From: Octopus vulgaris | Taxonomy: Eukaryota | Direction: 5' to 3' | DNA length: 64,000 nucleotides | Assembly: GCA_951406725.2 (NCBI GenBank) | Contig: OX597821.1 | Location: 25,854,001-25,918,000 of the forward strand | In this document: piece by piece, positions 1 to 11,407 of the stretch | How positions within the stretch are numbered: the first letter of the stretch is position 1 | Layout of the letters: every line of letters begins with the position of its first letter | The notes under the pieces: generated by a model | Databases searched by the model: none | Seen by the model: only the letters and a program-made list of their open reading frames with translations | Told to the model about the DNA's origin: nothing | Program-made: the position numbers and the translations under genes

Positions 1-164
1 TCCTGTGGTTCTTGAGATATCTTGTCCAGACAAACACAACTGAAAACAATACCTCCATCTTCACTAAGGCAGAGGTAATAATGTTAAAAGTAGTAATAAT
101 TGTTTCAAAAATTCTTGCAATGCCAGTGATTTTTTTTTTTTTTTTGTTAGGAGAGAATGGTAGT

Positions 165-562
165 CAATTGCATCCACTTCAGTACATGACTAATGCTTTG
201 TTTTATCTCCTTTGAAAAGATGAAAGGCAAAAGTTGATCTTGGTAGTGTTTGAACTCAGAATGTAAAGAACTGAAAGAAATTCTCTGTAAGCATTTCGTC
301 TGATGTCTTAATGACTCTGCCATTTTGCTACCTTAATAATAATAATAATGGTTTCAATTTTTGGCACAAGGCCAGCAATTTTGGAGGAGGGATAAATCGA
401 TCACATCAACCCCAGTGTTCAACTGGTACTTGCTTTAACGACTCTGAAAGGATGAAAGGCAAAGTCGACCTGTGGTGGAATTTGAACTCAGAATGTAAAG
501 CCAGAAGAAATACTGCTAAGTATTTTGTCTGACATGCTGAGAATTCTGCCAGCTCACCACCT
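165..562 (-). mobile_element. Two tandem degraded Meta-domain-type SINE copies
   Basis: Two copies of gaaaggatgaaaggcaaagtcgacc...gaatttgaactcagaa, the reverse complement of the family at 1169-1392. Confidence 0.75.
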
Positions 563-743
563 CAGTCATTTGACTGTGGCCATGCTGGAGCACCAACTTG
601 ACAAAGTTTCGTCAAACAAATCAATCCCAGTAGTTATTTTTAAAGTCTGGTACCTAATCTGTTGGTCCCTTTTGCCAAACTGCTAAGTTACAGGGGCATA
701 AACAAATCAATACCAGTTGTTAAGCACAGAGATAAACACAAAG

Positions 744-777
<34 letters not shown>

Positions 778-845
778 ACTCTCTCACACACACAGTGAGC
801 TTCCACACAGTTTCTGCTTACCAAATTCACTCACAAGGCATTGAG
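563..845 (-). mobile_element. CORE-type tRNA-derived SINE, partial
   Basis: cagtcatttgactgtggccatgctggagcacc...(CA)n...ctcacaaggc matches the 3' two-thirds of the family at 5559-5976. Confidence 0.8.
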
Positions 846-929
846 CTCCCTTATAACATATACAATAATATAATATATTATATGATAATATATAATATAA
901 TAATATATAATATAATAATAATATATAGA

Positions 930-1663
930 TGGTGAAATCTAATCAACAGTGGCAAAAAAACCCACAAAGAACCAACCAGAGATTTCATTACCTTTGTGTA
1001 CTCAGATCCGTTTGAAGAAGAAGAAACTTCCTGTGAGTGATGAAAAGTAGAACAGTTACTGGGAGGCGGCTGCAGATATGCCAGGGTGTCAAGGATTCTT
1101 TCCCATTCTAGTTATGAAGAAACCAGATATCATCATGTGTGAAAAAGAAAGTGGTAAATCTAGTTAACTAAGGCAGCGAGCTGGCTGAAACGTTAGCACG
1201 CCGGGCGAAATGCTTTGCGGTATTTCGTCTGCTGCCACGTTTTGAGTTCAAATTCCGCCGAGGTCGACTTTGCCTTTCATCCTTTCGGGGTTGATTAAAT
1301 AAGTACCAGCTATGCACCAGGGTCGATGTAATCGACTTAATCCGTTTGTTTGTCCCCTCTGTGTTTGGCCCCTTGTGGGTAGTAAAAAAACAGGTAAATC
1401 TAGTTAACAGTTGCTCATGAAGATAACGTAGATGCTACTTGGGCTCGAAAGATTGAGTGTTATGGAAACTTCCTTGAGGAATGTGAATATGCAGGCTGGA
1501 AAGCAGAGTATTTTCCAATGGAAGTCAGATGTAGAGGTAACTGTTGTTATCGTTACTCCTGACTCATTGTAAAGTAAATACCACCATTAGTGATATTCAG
1601 GCTCCAGTGGAAAAGGCAAGCCACTGGATCTGGTTAAAAAGAGATGATGAGCAATGCCTAGAA
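930..1663 (+). pseudogene. HERO-clade non-LTR retrotransposon C-terminal remnant (restriction-like endonuclease)
   Basis: Removing the nested SINE gives WEAAADM...MKKPDII...LTVAHEDNVDATWARKIECY...ECEYAGWKAEYFPMEVRCRG...VEKASHWIWLKR, the PD..ELTVP.E...RK..KY...P.EVGCRG..A.EKAS.W.W.KR pattern of HERO elements; contains stops and frameshifts. Confidence 0.75.
1169..1392 (+). mobile_element. Meta-domain-type tRNA-derived SINE with 16-bp TSD
   Basis: A/B-box-like head, gtcgactttgcctttcatcctttcggggt core; TSD ggtaaatctagttaac at 1153-1168 and 1393-1408. Confidence 0.9.
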
Positions 1664-1882
1664 CAGTGGTTTTCAACCAGGGTTCCGCGGAACCTTAGGG
1701 TTCCGCCAGTACAGTCCAGGGGTTCCGCAAGAAGTTACAAAACTGCTAAAATCAGCAGTAATTTTTAATTCTCCTGTGCAGATATTTGTGCATAAAACTA
1801 TTAAATTATTGCACAGGGGTTCCTCGAGCCTGTGGAATGTTTCCTTGGGGTTCCGCTCCAGCAAAAAGGCTGAAAAGCACTG
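1664..1882. mobile_element. hAT (Charlie-like) MITE, 219 bp
   Basis: TIRs cagtggttttcaacc / ggctgaaaagcactg; 8-bp TSD gcctagaa; second copy at 29065-29283. Confidence 0.92.
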
Positions 1883-1919
1883 GCCTAGAATATTGAGTGA
1901 AACCTGGTAACCAGTTGAT

Positions 1920-2031
1920 CTAGCAAGTGGGGCCTCATTGCAGTGAGTGGGGCCAGCGCACAATGATGCTATCAAGAGGTACGCCCCGAAATGGTACAAA
2001 TTCTTTCCTGATGATCCCATAAACTTGCTAG
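1920..2031 (+). ncRNA. Structured HERO 3' UTR with permuted hammerhead-like core (candidate)
   Basis: AUC (1971-1973), GAAA (1988-1991) and CUGAUGA (2008-2014) with predicted pairings; enclosing stem ctagcaagt/acttgctag. Confidence 0.35.
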
Positions 2032-2404
2032 CATCCAGTATGTGGGGCTTTCGACTGCTAGCACTTGCATCTGCTAGTTGTTTGCAAAAAAATCATAAAG
2101 GTATGAGTGAAAGGGATATGCATTGTTTAACTAATTCTTACTCTGTTGTAAATATTTGTGTGTATGTACTTATAGTGTAGTCATTGAACTACCTTTTGGT
2201 GTATATAAACATATACAATCTGTGTGTGGAGGGAGAGAATGTGGTCATCATAATTTTTACGTTCACTTTCCATACTTTCACAGGTTCTATTCATGCTGAG
2301 TGTTTGGCGCTTTTTTATATAGCTGTCATCTTCTATATGCATCATATGCCCATTGCAATACAGTCTTCCATTTGCATATTACATCTGACAAATCAAAATC
2401 AAAT

Positions 2405-2769
2405 CAAAATCAAAATCGATCAACATCAATGGAAATTGTAGCTGTGATACCAGTGCCGGTGGCACATAAGAGAACCATCCGAATGTGGCCGTTGCCAGCG
2501 CTGCCTCGATGGGCCTCCCTGCCGGTGGCACGTAAAAAGCACCATCCGATCGTGGCCGTTGCCAGCCTCGTCTGGCACCTGTGCCAGTGGCACGTAAAAA
2601 GCACCCACTACACTCACGGAGTGGTTGGCATTAGGAAGGGCATCCAGCTGTAGAAACATTGTCAGATCAGACTGGGCCTGGTGCAGCCTTCTGGCTTCTC
2701 AGATCCCCGGTTGAACCGTCCAACCCATGCCAGCATGGAAAGCGGACGCTGAATGATGATGATGATGAT
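2405..2769 (+). mobile_element. Non-autonomous RTE-tailed retroposon ((GAT)n tail), three 5' modules
   Basis: 3x gtgccggtggcacgtaaaaagcacc-type modules, ttaggaagggcatccagctgtagaaac, acccatgccagcatggaaagcggacg and (GAT)n; more than 10 related copies in the window. Confidence 0.85.
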
Positions 2770-3350
2770 CTGACACCTCTTCTCAGTCCCCTTGAATTCC
2801 GTCAATCCTGTACTCTAACATTACACATTTAGCAAAGCATTCTCACTCTATTATTTCTTTCTAGTTTTTGTAGATCCTCAATATTCAAGGGCCATGTTTT
2901 TCTGCTTCCATGTAGTATCACACTTCATACACAAGCATCACACAAATTGCCCTTCACTCTGTGGCAGAAGCCCTTTGTAGCCAGCACCTCCATAAACTTT
3001 CTCCAGCCTTTCTTACTCTGATTATTCTACTTTTAAAACACATGCCTCCTCAGCTAATTGGATCACTTAAGTAACAGAAGCCATCAACTACATTTTGGCA
3101 GTTTTAGAGCATTTTAGAGAATCTGTTTTCTGTGTGCTCTTACTGCTTATTGTCTGTGTGTACCTACTACATATAAAGTCTATTTTCTCTGTTAATGATT
3201 CCATTACATCTCTTGTGAATCCATCGTTTATACTAGACATACCATATGGAATTTTCTGCCTTTTCCTTTTCTGCATGTTGGCTATACCCATTTCCCTGAC
3301 AGTAGTAGGGTCTTGTCTGCTTTCCTACTTATGAAAAACTTTAATCATTT
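2770..3350 (-). pseudogene. Old RTE-clade LINE remnant (post-RT region)
   Basis: Minus strand reads approximately KGWRKFMEVLATKGFCHRVKGNLCDACV*SVILHGS..TWPL, degraded. Confidence 0.65.
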
Positions 3351-3869
3351 CAATATTAACTTCTGTTTATTTTCCTTTCAATTTTATATTTTATTTTCAT
3401 ATCTGGAATTTCTTCTTCACATCTTATACACATTCTGGTATTTGACCACTAGAATTACATCAAGAGGAGAGCAACTGCCATGCTAGTGACTTTCCCCATT
3501 ATTAATGAGGACCAACTCAATTCTGCAAACATGGAATTAGCAAAAGCATCAGCATTGCAAGAAAGCAAACTTTTTTTTTATAACAGAGGAGGAGCTGCAC
3601 CAATATGGTTTCAACAGGCAGCAAAGTAGTTATTTATCTGGCAGTATGTAGATAAAATTTCACATTCTAATATTAACATATCTAACTCAGACAACTTAAT
3701 GCATTTTTCTAAAAAAAATGTCTATCAAGCATTTTCAGTGTTATTGTTCTAACGAGGACAACTAATGCACACAGCATGCACACACACGACATGCATGCAG
3801 ACTCTATACTCAGATAATGTATGCATACACGTCAACAGTCTACACTACATATGTATGTATGTATTTTTT

Positions 3870-4160
3870 TTATGAGCCCTTTTCAAGCCTAGCCAGGCTC
3901 AGGGCCCGGTTTCCCGGTTTCTATGGTGTATGTGTTCCCCCCAGCTGGACGGGATGCCAGTCCATCGCAGTGTTACTCAAGAAGCAGGAAGAAAGAGCGA
4001 GAGAAAGTTGGGGCGAAAGAGTACAACAGGGGTTGCGAACCTCATGGAGCTTTAGGTGTTTATGCTCAATAAACACACAACGCCCGGTCTGGGAATCGAA
4101 ACCGCGATCCTCCGACCGCGAGTCCGCTGCCCTAACAAACTGGACTATTGCGCCTCCACG
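3870..4160 (-). mobile_element. tRNA-derived SINE with V-domain-like segment
   Basis: Minus head ggaggcgcaatagtccag...ggtttcgattccc; gcgatggactggcatcccgtccag; related copies at 30880, 43728, 44045. Confidence 0.8.
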
Positions 4161-4207
4161 TATGTATGTATGTATGTATATATATGCATTTGTATATGTA
4201 ATATATG

Positions 4208-4445
4208 TGGAGATGTGTGGCTTAGTGGTTAAGGGTGTTGCATGCTTGATCATAAGCTTGTGGTTTCGATTCCTGGATTGGGCAGTGCATTGTGTTTTCA
4301 AACGTCATTTTCTGTTGCTCGAGTCCACTCACTCAGATGGCAAAAGCAAGGAATACTGTGATGGACTGAAATCCTGTCCAGGAGGGAACATACACACTAC
4401 AGAATCCAGAAAACCAGCCTTATGTATCTATGGCTCCAGAAGGGT
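4208..4445 (+). mobile_element. tRNA-derived SINE (CORE/V-like), degraded
   Basis: tggcttagtggttaag A-box, ggtttcgattcc B-box, tgtgatggactg...cctgtccagg. Confidence 0.7.
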
Positions 4446-4449
4446 CAGG

Positions 4450-4706
4450 TGCATGCATGACAGTGTGTTAAGAAGTTTGCTTCTCATTCATGTGGTTCCA
4501 TGTGCAGTTTTATTGCATGCATCTTGGGCAAGTATCTTTTACCATAAGCCCAGGCTGGGCAAAGCCATATCTGACCATGGGGAACTATTACATTGCTTCA
4601 AAACTGGTGAGGGTTGGCAACAGGAAGGTCATTTGGCCATGGAAAATCTGCCTTAAATAAACGAACTCATGCAAGCATGGAAAAGTTGACATCAATTGAT
4701 GATGAT
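4450..4706 (+). mobile_element. CORE-type SINE variant with RTE/(GAT)n tail, degraded
   Basis: cttgggcaagtatctttt CORE-like segment joined to ggttggcaacaggaagg...catgcaagcatggaaaag...gatgatgat. Confidence 0.65.
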
Positions 4707-4716
4707 AATATATATA

Positions 4717-5551
4717 TATGAGGTGGTATCAAAAAGTTCCTGGATTAGTTCTGTTGTGTGCCAACAGATGGCAGCATATATTTACATGCACAATGAGAGC
4801 TAGTAGTGACCTTCATGAGGCAGTGTGCCTAGTGACATCACTATTTACTTTGCAAGTTGTGAAATTTGTGTTTTTGTGATCACATGTATGTTGTAGTCTG
4901 CAATTTTGTCATGGACAGGAACAAAGAGCCAATGCGAAATTTTGCATTAAACTTGGGAAGTCTGCTACAGAGTCATTGAGCATGCTTTGGCAAGCTTATG
5001 GCAATGAGGCAATGGGTTGTACACAATATATTGAGTGACACAGGCACTTCAAAAGCTGATGACAATGAGCGATTTGGAAGACGTACCATGAGTGTTGCCT
5101 CTGGAAATGTGGTATTGTGTATCAAAAACTCATCCTCCAGGGCCAAACTGTCAATCGAAAGTTCTACTGTGATGTTAGAAGTGTTTGAGGGAGGACATTT
5201 GGCGAAAGTGACCAGATCTATGGAGCACGACGAATTGGATTCTTCACATTGACAAGGCACCCTGTTTGCCAGATTAAGCATATATGGACTTCCAGCTCTT
5301 CCCCAAGATGAAAATGCAGTTTAAAGGTCACCGTTTTAAGACTGTTGGGAAGATCCAGATTGAACTGCAGAAGGTTCTCAACTCACTTATAGAAAACAAC
5401 TTGTAGGCCAGATTCCAAAAGTGACAGCAATGCTGGGACTGGTATTTTGTTGTGCAAGGTAACTGTTTTGAAGGAGATGATGTTAAAACTTTGGTAAATA
5501 AGTTATTTTTTATTAAACATAACTAGTCCTGGAACTTTTTGATACTAAATA
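4717..5551 (+). mobile_element. Internally deleted mariner element
   Basis: TIRs gtatcaaaaagttcctggattagtt / aactagtcctggaactttttgatac in TA context; residual EQRANAKFCIKLGKSATE...AYGNEAM and FPKMKMQFKGHRF motifs. Confidence 0.85.
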
Positions 5552-5558
5552 TATGTAT

Positions 5559-5976
5559 AGGCGCAGGAGTGGCTGTGTGGTAAGTAGCTTGCTAACCAAC
5601 CACATGGTTCCGGGTTCAGTCCCACTGTGTGGCATCTTGGGCAAGTGTCTTCTGCTATAGCCCCGGGCCGACCAATGCCTTGTGAGTGGATTTGGTAGGC
5701 GGAAACTGAAAGAAGCCTGTCGTATATATGTATATATATATATAAGTGTGTGTGTGTGTACATGTTTGTGTGTCTGTGTTTGTCCCCCTAGCATTGCTTG
5801 ACAACCGATGCTGGTGTGTTTACGTCCCCGTCACTTAGCAGTTCGGCAAAAGAGACCGATAGAATAAGTACTGGGCTTACAAAGAATAAGTCCCGGAGGT
5901 CGATTTGCTCGACTAAAGGCGGTGCTCCAGCATGGCCGCAGTCAAATGACTGAAACAAGTAAAAGAGTAAAGAGTA
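5559..5976 (+). mobile_element. CORE-type tRNA-derived SINE, full length
   Basis: aggcgcaggagtggctgtgtggtaag head, cttgggcaagtgtcttc CORE-like box, internal (TA)/(TG) tract, (AAAAGAGT)n tail. Confidence 0.92.
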
Positions 5977-6129
5977 TATGTAAGTATGTATATTTTCATT
6001 CACTGCCTGTTTTCCTATGTTAGTATGTTAGACTAATTTATTATTGAGACTGTTTTACAGCTGGCTCTCCTTCCTGTTGCTGGCTCTCCTTCCTGTTGCT
6101 GACTCTTATCTCTTGTTTCAAGTAAAGGA

Positions 6130-7130
6130 TCTCTTTTCTCGTATCTTTGAAGACATGAAGTGAGTGGAATTTCTTCACTCCTGATTCAGCTAGAAGTGTA
6201 CTATAAGCATACAAAAGTTCCTGTAGGCAGCTGTTGAATGGGAACCCCAGTTTGCTGTTATGGCTATAGAACCATGATAAATAGAAGGAAGCTGAGAACT
6301 GAACCCTGGTGCACCTCAACCTGCATACTAAATTTGTCACTGCATTTAGTGCTCACATTTTGTTGACAGTATCTCTCTGTACAAGGTTTATACTGCCAGC
6401 GTAAGCTCTTCATCTACTAGCTCCCTTAGTGATCACTAGTTCATAGAATAAGGAACATTGTCAAATGCCTTTTTCATGCCTATGAATACAAGGTAATGTG
6501 GATTATTCCATGCTAAGTAATTCTCACTAGAAAGATGGTATCAATAGTACTTCCTCCTGGCATGGAGCTGAACTGCATCTCATGTAAGCGGACTCTCTTT
6601 CTCATCAGTTGGGTTATAATACTTTCTGCAGTTTTCATAACCTGGTTCCCTAATTTGATACTTTTGTGATTTCCTCTCTCTGGCATGTCTACGTTGACTT
6701 TGCAGCACTCAACAAAGCTGCTACCATGGCAGTTATCAGGCATGACACTTTCTTGTACTACCTGAGTGACAATGCTTCCGACTAGCCCATCGCTATTAAA
6801 GCATCTCAGTAGTAATCCATATCCTTCATTGCTCTATTTACCATACAGCTGTCAACATGAATGGTAGGTCCTTCCATTGGGTCTACTTGAAGTAGACTCT
6901 CTCTCTCTCTCTCTCTCATCCAAAAGTCTCTTTTACTAGCATTTGAATGTCACTTTCTTACATTAGTAAGAACAAGTATTTTCTTATCATTCTGTGCACA
7001 CTGCTCCCCAAAGTTGTGTGCACTTTGATTCTGTCTAGGACGTTGCCTGGCTATCAAAGCATCACATGCCTCTGGTCCTCACATTACAGAACATGTGGAA
7101 ACTGATTTATTTTTTTGCCTCTTCCCTGGT
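6130..7130 (-). pseudogene. Old RTE-clade LINE RT remnant
   Basis: ORF 6513-6743: ERGNHKSIKL..QVMK..E......R.RV.L.EMQF..MPG.STID.IF, the RT N-terminal motifs of RTE. Confidence 0.75.
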
Positions 7131-7192
7131 TATATGCATCTGGTGTCTAACTTCTTTTCTAGTTATTTGATATTGTACTTTTCTGCCTGTTT

Positions 7193-7227
<35 letters not shown>

Positions 7228-8509
7228 CATATACATACGTATGTACGTGTGTGTGTCATGCACACACACACACACACACACACACTGTTGTGATCTGTAC
7301 ATCCATGTTGTTGAAATCAGTCTCTCATCTGAATATAAAACCAAAAATTTGCAGAATTTAAATAAAAAAATTATTCCTTGTTCTTTTTATTCTGATGGAG
7401 AAGGGGTGGGTACAATGCCTATTGCTGTTTCAAGTGTGGATGATTCTGGTTCTGAAAAACAAAGATTGGTAAAATATGTTGATGGCAGAAGCTGGTGGTA
7501 GTTGATGTAGTTGTTTAACCCTGATCTGGAGGACCTATGATGAAAGATGTCCCTTCCTTTCATGACCATCCTATTTTTTATTCAGACAACAGGGTATTTG
7601 CTGTTCAGAAGAATGTTTGTAGTTTTTGGATATGATCCAAAATATGCATGCTTTTTGGTGAGTTCTCTAACACATTGGTTACTGAACTAAAATATAGGAG
7701 TAATTTTTATTCAGTATTTTTAAAGTTTGTTTTGATTTAATGTTAAATTGTCTCTTCCAGCTAAGCACAGACAACTTTTATTGGCCATGGACAAATAGAA
7801 GATAGTTTGCAATATTTGTGTGAACTAAGTCCTTTTAAGCATGAAATGGTAACAAAGTGGAAGACTTTATGATACAACACTCATGATATAATACTTCCCT
7901 TCCTCTCGTAATAACTTCATAATTCTCTTTGAAGTTCATTATAAAAGCAAACTCAGTTAATTACTTTTGAATTATCTGCTAAATCTGACACCCAGAACTA
8001 GTAAAATGTTTGAATCTTAACAGTTGTAAAACATTCAAGTTTTAACGACAGTACAGGAGGGAAAGTGTAAATGCTGTAGAGTGAAGATAAATTGTTGTAA
8101 GCAATATAAACTCAATATTCAATTGAACAATTTCCTTTCATTTACTCCTGACCCTGCCGTTTTTTTCCACAGTCAGTATCATGAAGAAAATTGACCTAGA
8201 ACTTCAATAATCCAGGCTTATAACATTTTTTTCATTTTTGCAGGAGTAAATCAGTAATTTGGAAGGATGCTAAATTTGATAGTATTTTCATTAATATTAA
8301 TAATTCATCTTAACCAACTTTGGGTGTGTTTTTGTTTAACCTTAGGTTAGCTTTGATCAAACTGAACTATGGTAAAAATCATTCCAGCTGTCACCAGCCC
8401 ATCTGTTTCTCAGATATAATGCATCTAGAGCGAGTTAATCAAATGCATCCTCTCCTTTTTAAGGAAGATTTAGCTTCTATTTATAGCAAGTTGAGTGACC
8501 ATTTTTCAT

Positions 8510-8880
8510 CTTTTACTTGTGACAGTCATTGGACTGCAGCCATGATGACGCACTGCCTTACAGGATTTAGTCAAGTAAATTGAACCTAGTACTTATTTTC
8601 AAGTCTGGTACTTATTGTGTCAGGCTCTTTTGCCAAACCACTTAGTTATGGAGATATAAACAAACCATTCACTGGTTGTCAAACACAAAGACACACACAC
8701 ACACACATATTATACGATGGGCCTTCACAGTGTTTTCATCTATCAAATTCACTCACAAGGCATTGGTCAGCTCATGGTTATAATAGAAGATAGTTGCCCA
8801 AGGTGCTGTGCAGTTGGATTGAACCCAAAACTATGTGGTTTCAAATAGAGCTTCTAAACCATGTAGCTATTCCTGTACCT
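8510..8880 (-). mobile_element. CORE-type SINE, diverged
   Basis: Reverse complement of the 5559-5976 family. Confidence 0.8.
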
Positions 8881-9053
8881 ATACAAAGGTTGTTTTTATA
8901 ATATTTAACCTAGTTATGATTGAGGTTGGGTTCTAATAAATTCCTACAAAGAATCTATTGATCCTTTGTATCAATATAAGTCTGCTTGGCATTAGACAAT
9001 TTTATAATTCATTAATAAATGGATCTTTGCTGTTTTCAATGATTAGTTTTCAG

Positions 9054-9157
9054 TTGTTTGGTCAACTGAACTACAGTTTGTACAATACCGTCAAATGTTA
9101 AGGATTTCTGCCATTTTTAACAGTTACGAGTCAATAAACTACTTGTTTAATTTGCTT
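9054..9157 (+). CDS. Candidate coding exon of an unidentified gene (xVWSTELQFVQYRQMLRISAIFNSYESINYLFNLL)
   Basis: Acceptor ttttcag, donor gtaagt, open frame throughout, non-repetitive sequence; no family recognised. Confidence 0.5.
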
Positions 9158-10374
9158 GTAAGTGTTTGGGTATTACCACAGACATATGTACCCTTAATAT
9201 TGTTCTCAACTGGAATCAGTGTGACGCAGTTAATCAAGGCTGGACCTTTAAATTACTAGTACAGTCCATCAGGTGGGCTTCCAGATGGTGATAGTACATT
9301 CTTCATATCCGAAGATCATGAGGAGGAACAACATGCCCTCAAGAATCTATGTAAACCATGTAAGCCTTGTGGTGTTTCCTTCCTTGGTGCCGCTAGGCTT
9401 TTTCTTCCTACCTTCACTTAGCAGTCGTAAAGTGGGAGTCAGTCCACTCAATCTGATCCCCCTCTTTAGACTTGGGGATCTGATCACTGTGACTCAGTAG
9501 GCTAAGATGACTGCAGTGACCAGCAAGCTGTTGGTTTTACATTGGGTTGGCTTCCTCCAAGGTGAATTGCCTGATAAGGTTAGGGAGCCCCATCTACCAT
9601 GGAGTTGTTGGAGGGTGTCAAAGAAGACAACAGACCATCTGAGTGACTCCACTTCTTGATCTGCTGTTGAGGCTGACTTTCCTAGCCTTTTCCTTTCCCA
9701 AGACACTCATGTAACAGTGAGGGTTTGTGCTTCGAGTTTCTTACATAACAATCTAATTAACTCATAGCTGTGACCTGGACAAGTGCTACTACATTGAGTC
9801 AGAATAGGTCTGGGAACAGTAGTGACAAAGAGGTGGTTCCCACACACTTCAATACCCTGGAATGGCCAAACCAGGGCCCGACTGTCAGATGCAGTTTTTA
9901 AGACAACTTCCAGACAGTTCAACACTGTCATCAAATGACTTGTGCCCATCTAACTATCAGCTATACTGGAAGATACTTTGATTTAAGGATTTTGTAACTA
10001 AGGTTTCCATCATCAATTGGCCATATAATGAAGCTTGAGTGCCTCTCCCAAGAGAGCACTACTTGCCCCTCTCTCTCCTCTTTCCTCTTTCTTTCCCTCT
10101 TTTTCTTTCTCCCCCTCTCTTGTTTCAGCTTCTCTCCTCTCTACATTTATTAAACAATTTTTTTCACTGGCCCCCAAAGAAAAAAAAATTATTAAAACAA
10201 ATAAAACATTCGCACAATCATACACATATACACACACATTAATCAATACATCAATCACACACTCGTATATAAATCACATAGGCACACACAAATATATTTT
10301 CCACTTCAAACTTCAATATTGATTTCTATAATTCCTCGCTTATTGATCTCTAATATTTCTCTTAGTCTAACAGG

Positions 10375-10914
10375 TACCACCACCATCACCGCAACCACCA
10401 CCACCACCACTACTACTACATCAGGTAGATGACTACTATTTCTATTACCCCTCCCCCACTACCACTGTCATCTCCCCCACCACTACCACTAACATAACCA
10501 TCTCCACCATCATCGTCGCTACCACTATCACCACTACCACCACTACTCCTACCTCTATAGTTTCCACTACTATTACTATCATCACCGCCACTACTATAAT
10601 AGCACTACTACCACTGTCATGACTACCACCACTACTATGATCACCACTACCATCATCACTTCCTCTATCACCACTCACTTTACAACTACCATCTTCTCTG
10701 CCACCATTATGACCACCATCATCATCACTATTATCACCATCACCATCACTGCCACTACCATTATCACCACGACAACCATTTTCTGTTACCATCACTCCAC
10801 TCTCCATTATCTCAACACCACCACCACCATTTCCTCCTCTTTGTCCTCCTCTTCTACTAAGACCCCGAATGTTGCTGCTGCTGCTGCTACTACTACTACT
10901 ACTACTACTACTAT

Positions 10915-10981
<67 letters not shown>

Positions 10982-11008
10982 ACTACTACCACTACTACTA
11001 CTACTTTA
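10375..11008. repeat. Compound (CAC/CTA/CAT/GCT)n trinucleotide microsatellite
   Basis: Direct inspection. Confidence 0.95.
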
Positions 11009-11407
11009 TAGAAATTACAACACCAAAGGCTATAGTAAAAAGTGCAACAAAGGACCCTCTATGTGGTCACTCCATCTGTTAGAAATAGCAGCCAAAGCAC
11101 ACCTGTGCATGTTTATAAAAAAAGGGACATATTGGTTCACGTAGTCCTAAATACAGTTTGTTTGATGTAAAAGTGGGAGAGTCATAACTGGAATGCCTTT
11201 AATCATGTCTGCTGCTTGGATAAGGGCTGACTTGTTGCAAAACAACAAGAAAATGCAGTGAATGACAGAGTTATTAGAGGATCAAGACTAAACGCCTTGT
11301 GGTGTTTCCTTCAGCTCCCTGCACTGGGGTCCAAATCTGGCCGAGGCCAACTTTGCCTTTCATCCTTTCTGGCTAGCTAAAATAGAAGAACCACTCCAGC
11401 TATAAGT

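Noticed and set aside
2551-2605. HDV-like ribozyme, suggested by ggccg...ccagcctcgtctggc...gccggtggca resembling HDV primary sequence
   Set aside because: I could not build P1, P1.1 and P2 in the required nested double-pseudoknot order; the similarity appears superficial
3817-4656. 279-aa ORF
   Set aside because: Runs through three adjacent SINEs and microsatellites; no protein motif
10445-11144. Mucin-like Thr-rich, poly-Leu and poly-Val ORFs
   Set aside because: Trinucleotide microsatellite open in several frames; no splice or homology support
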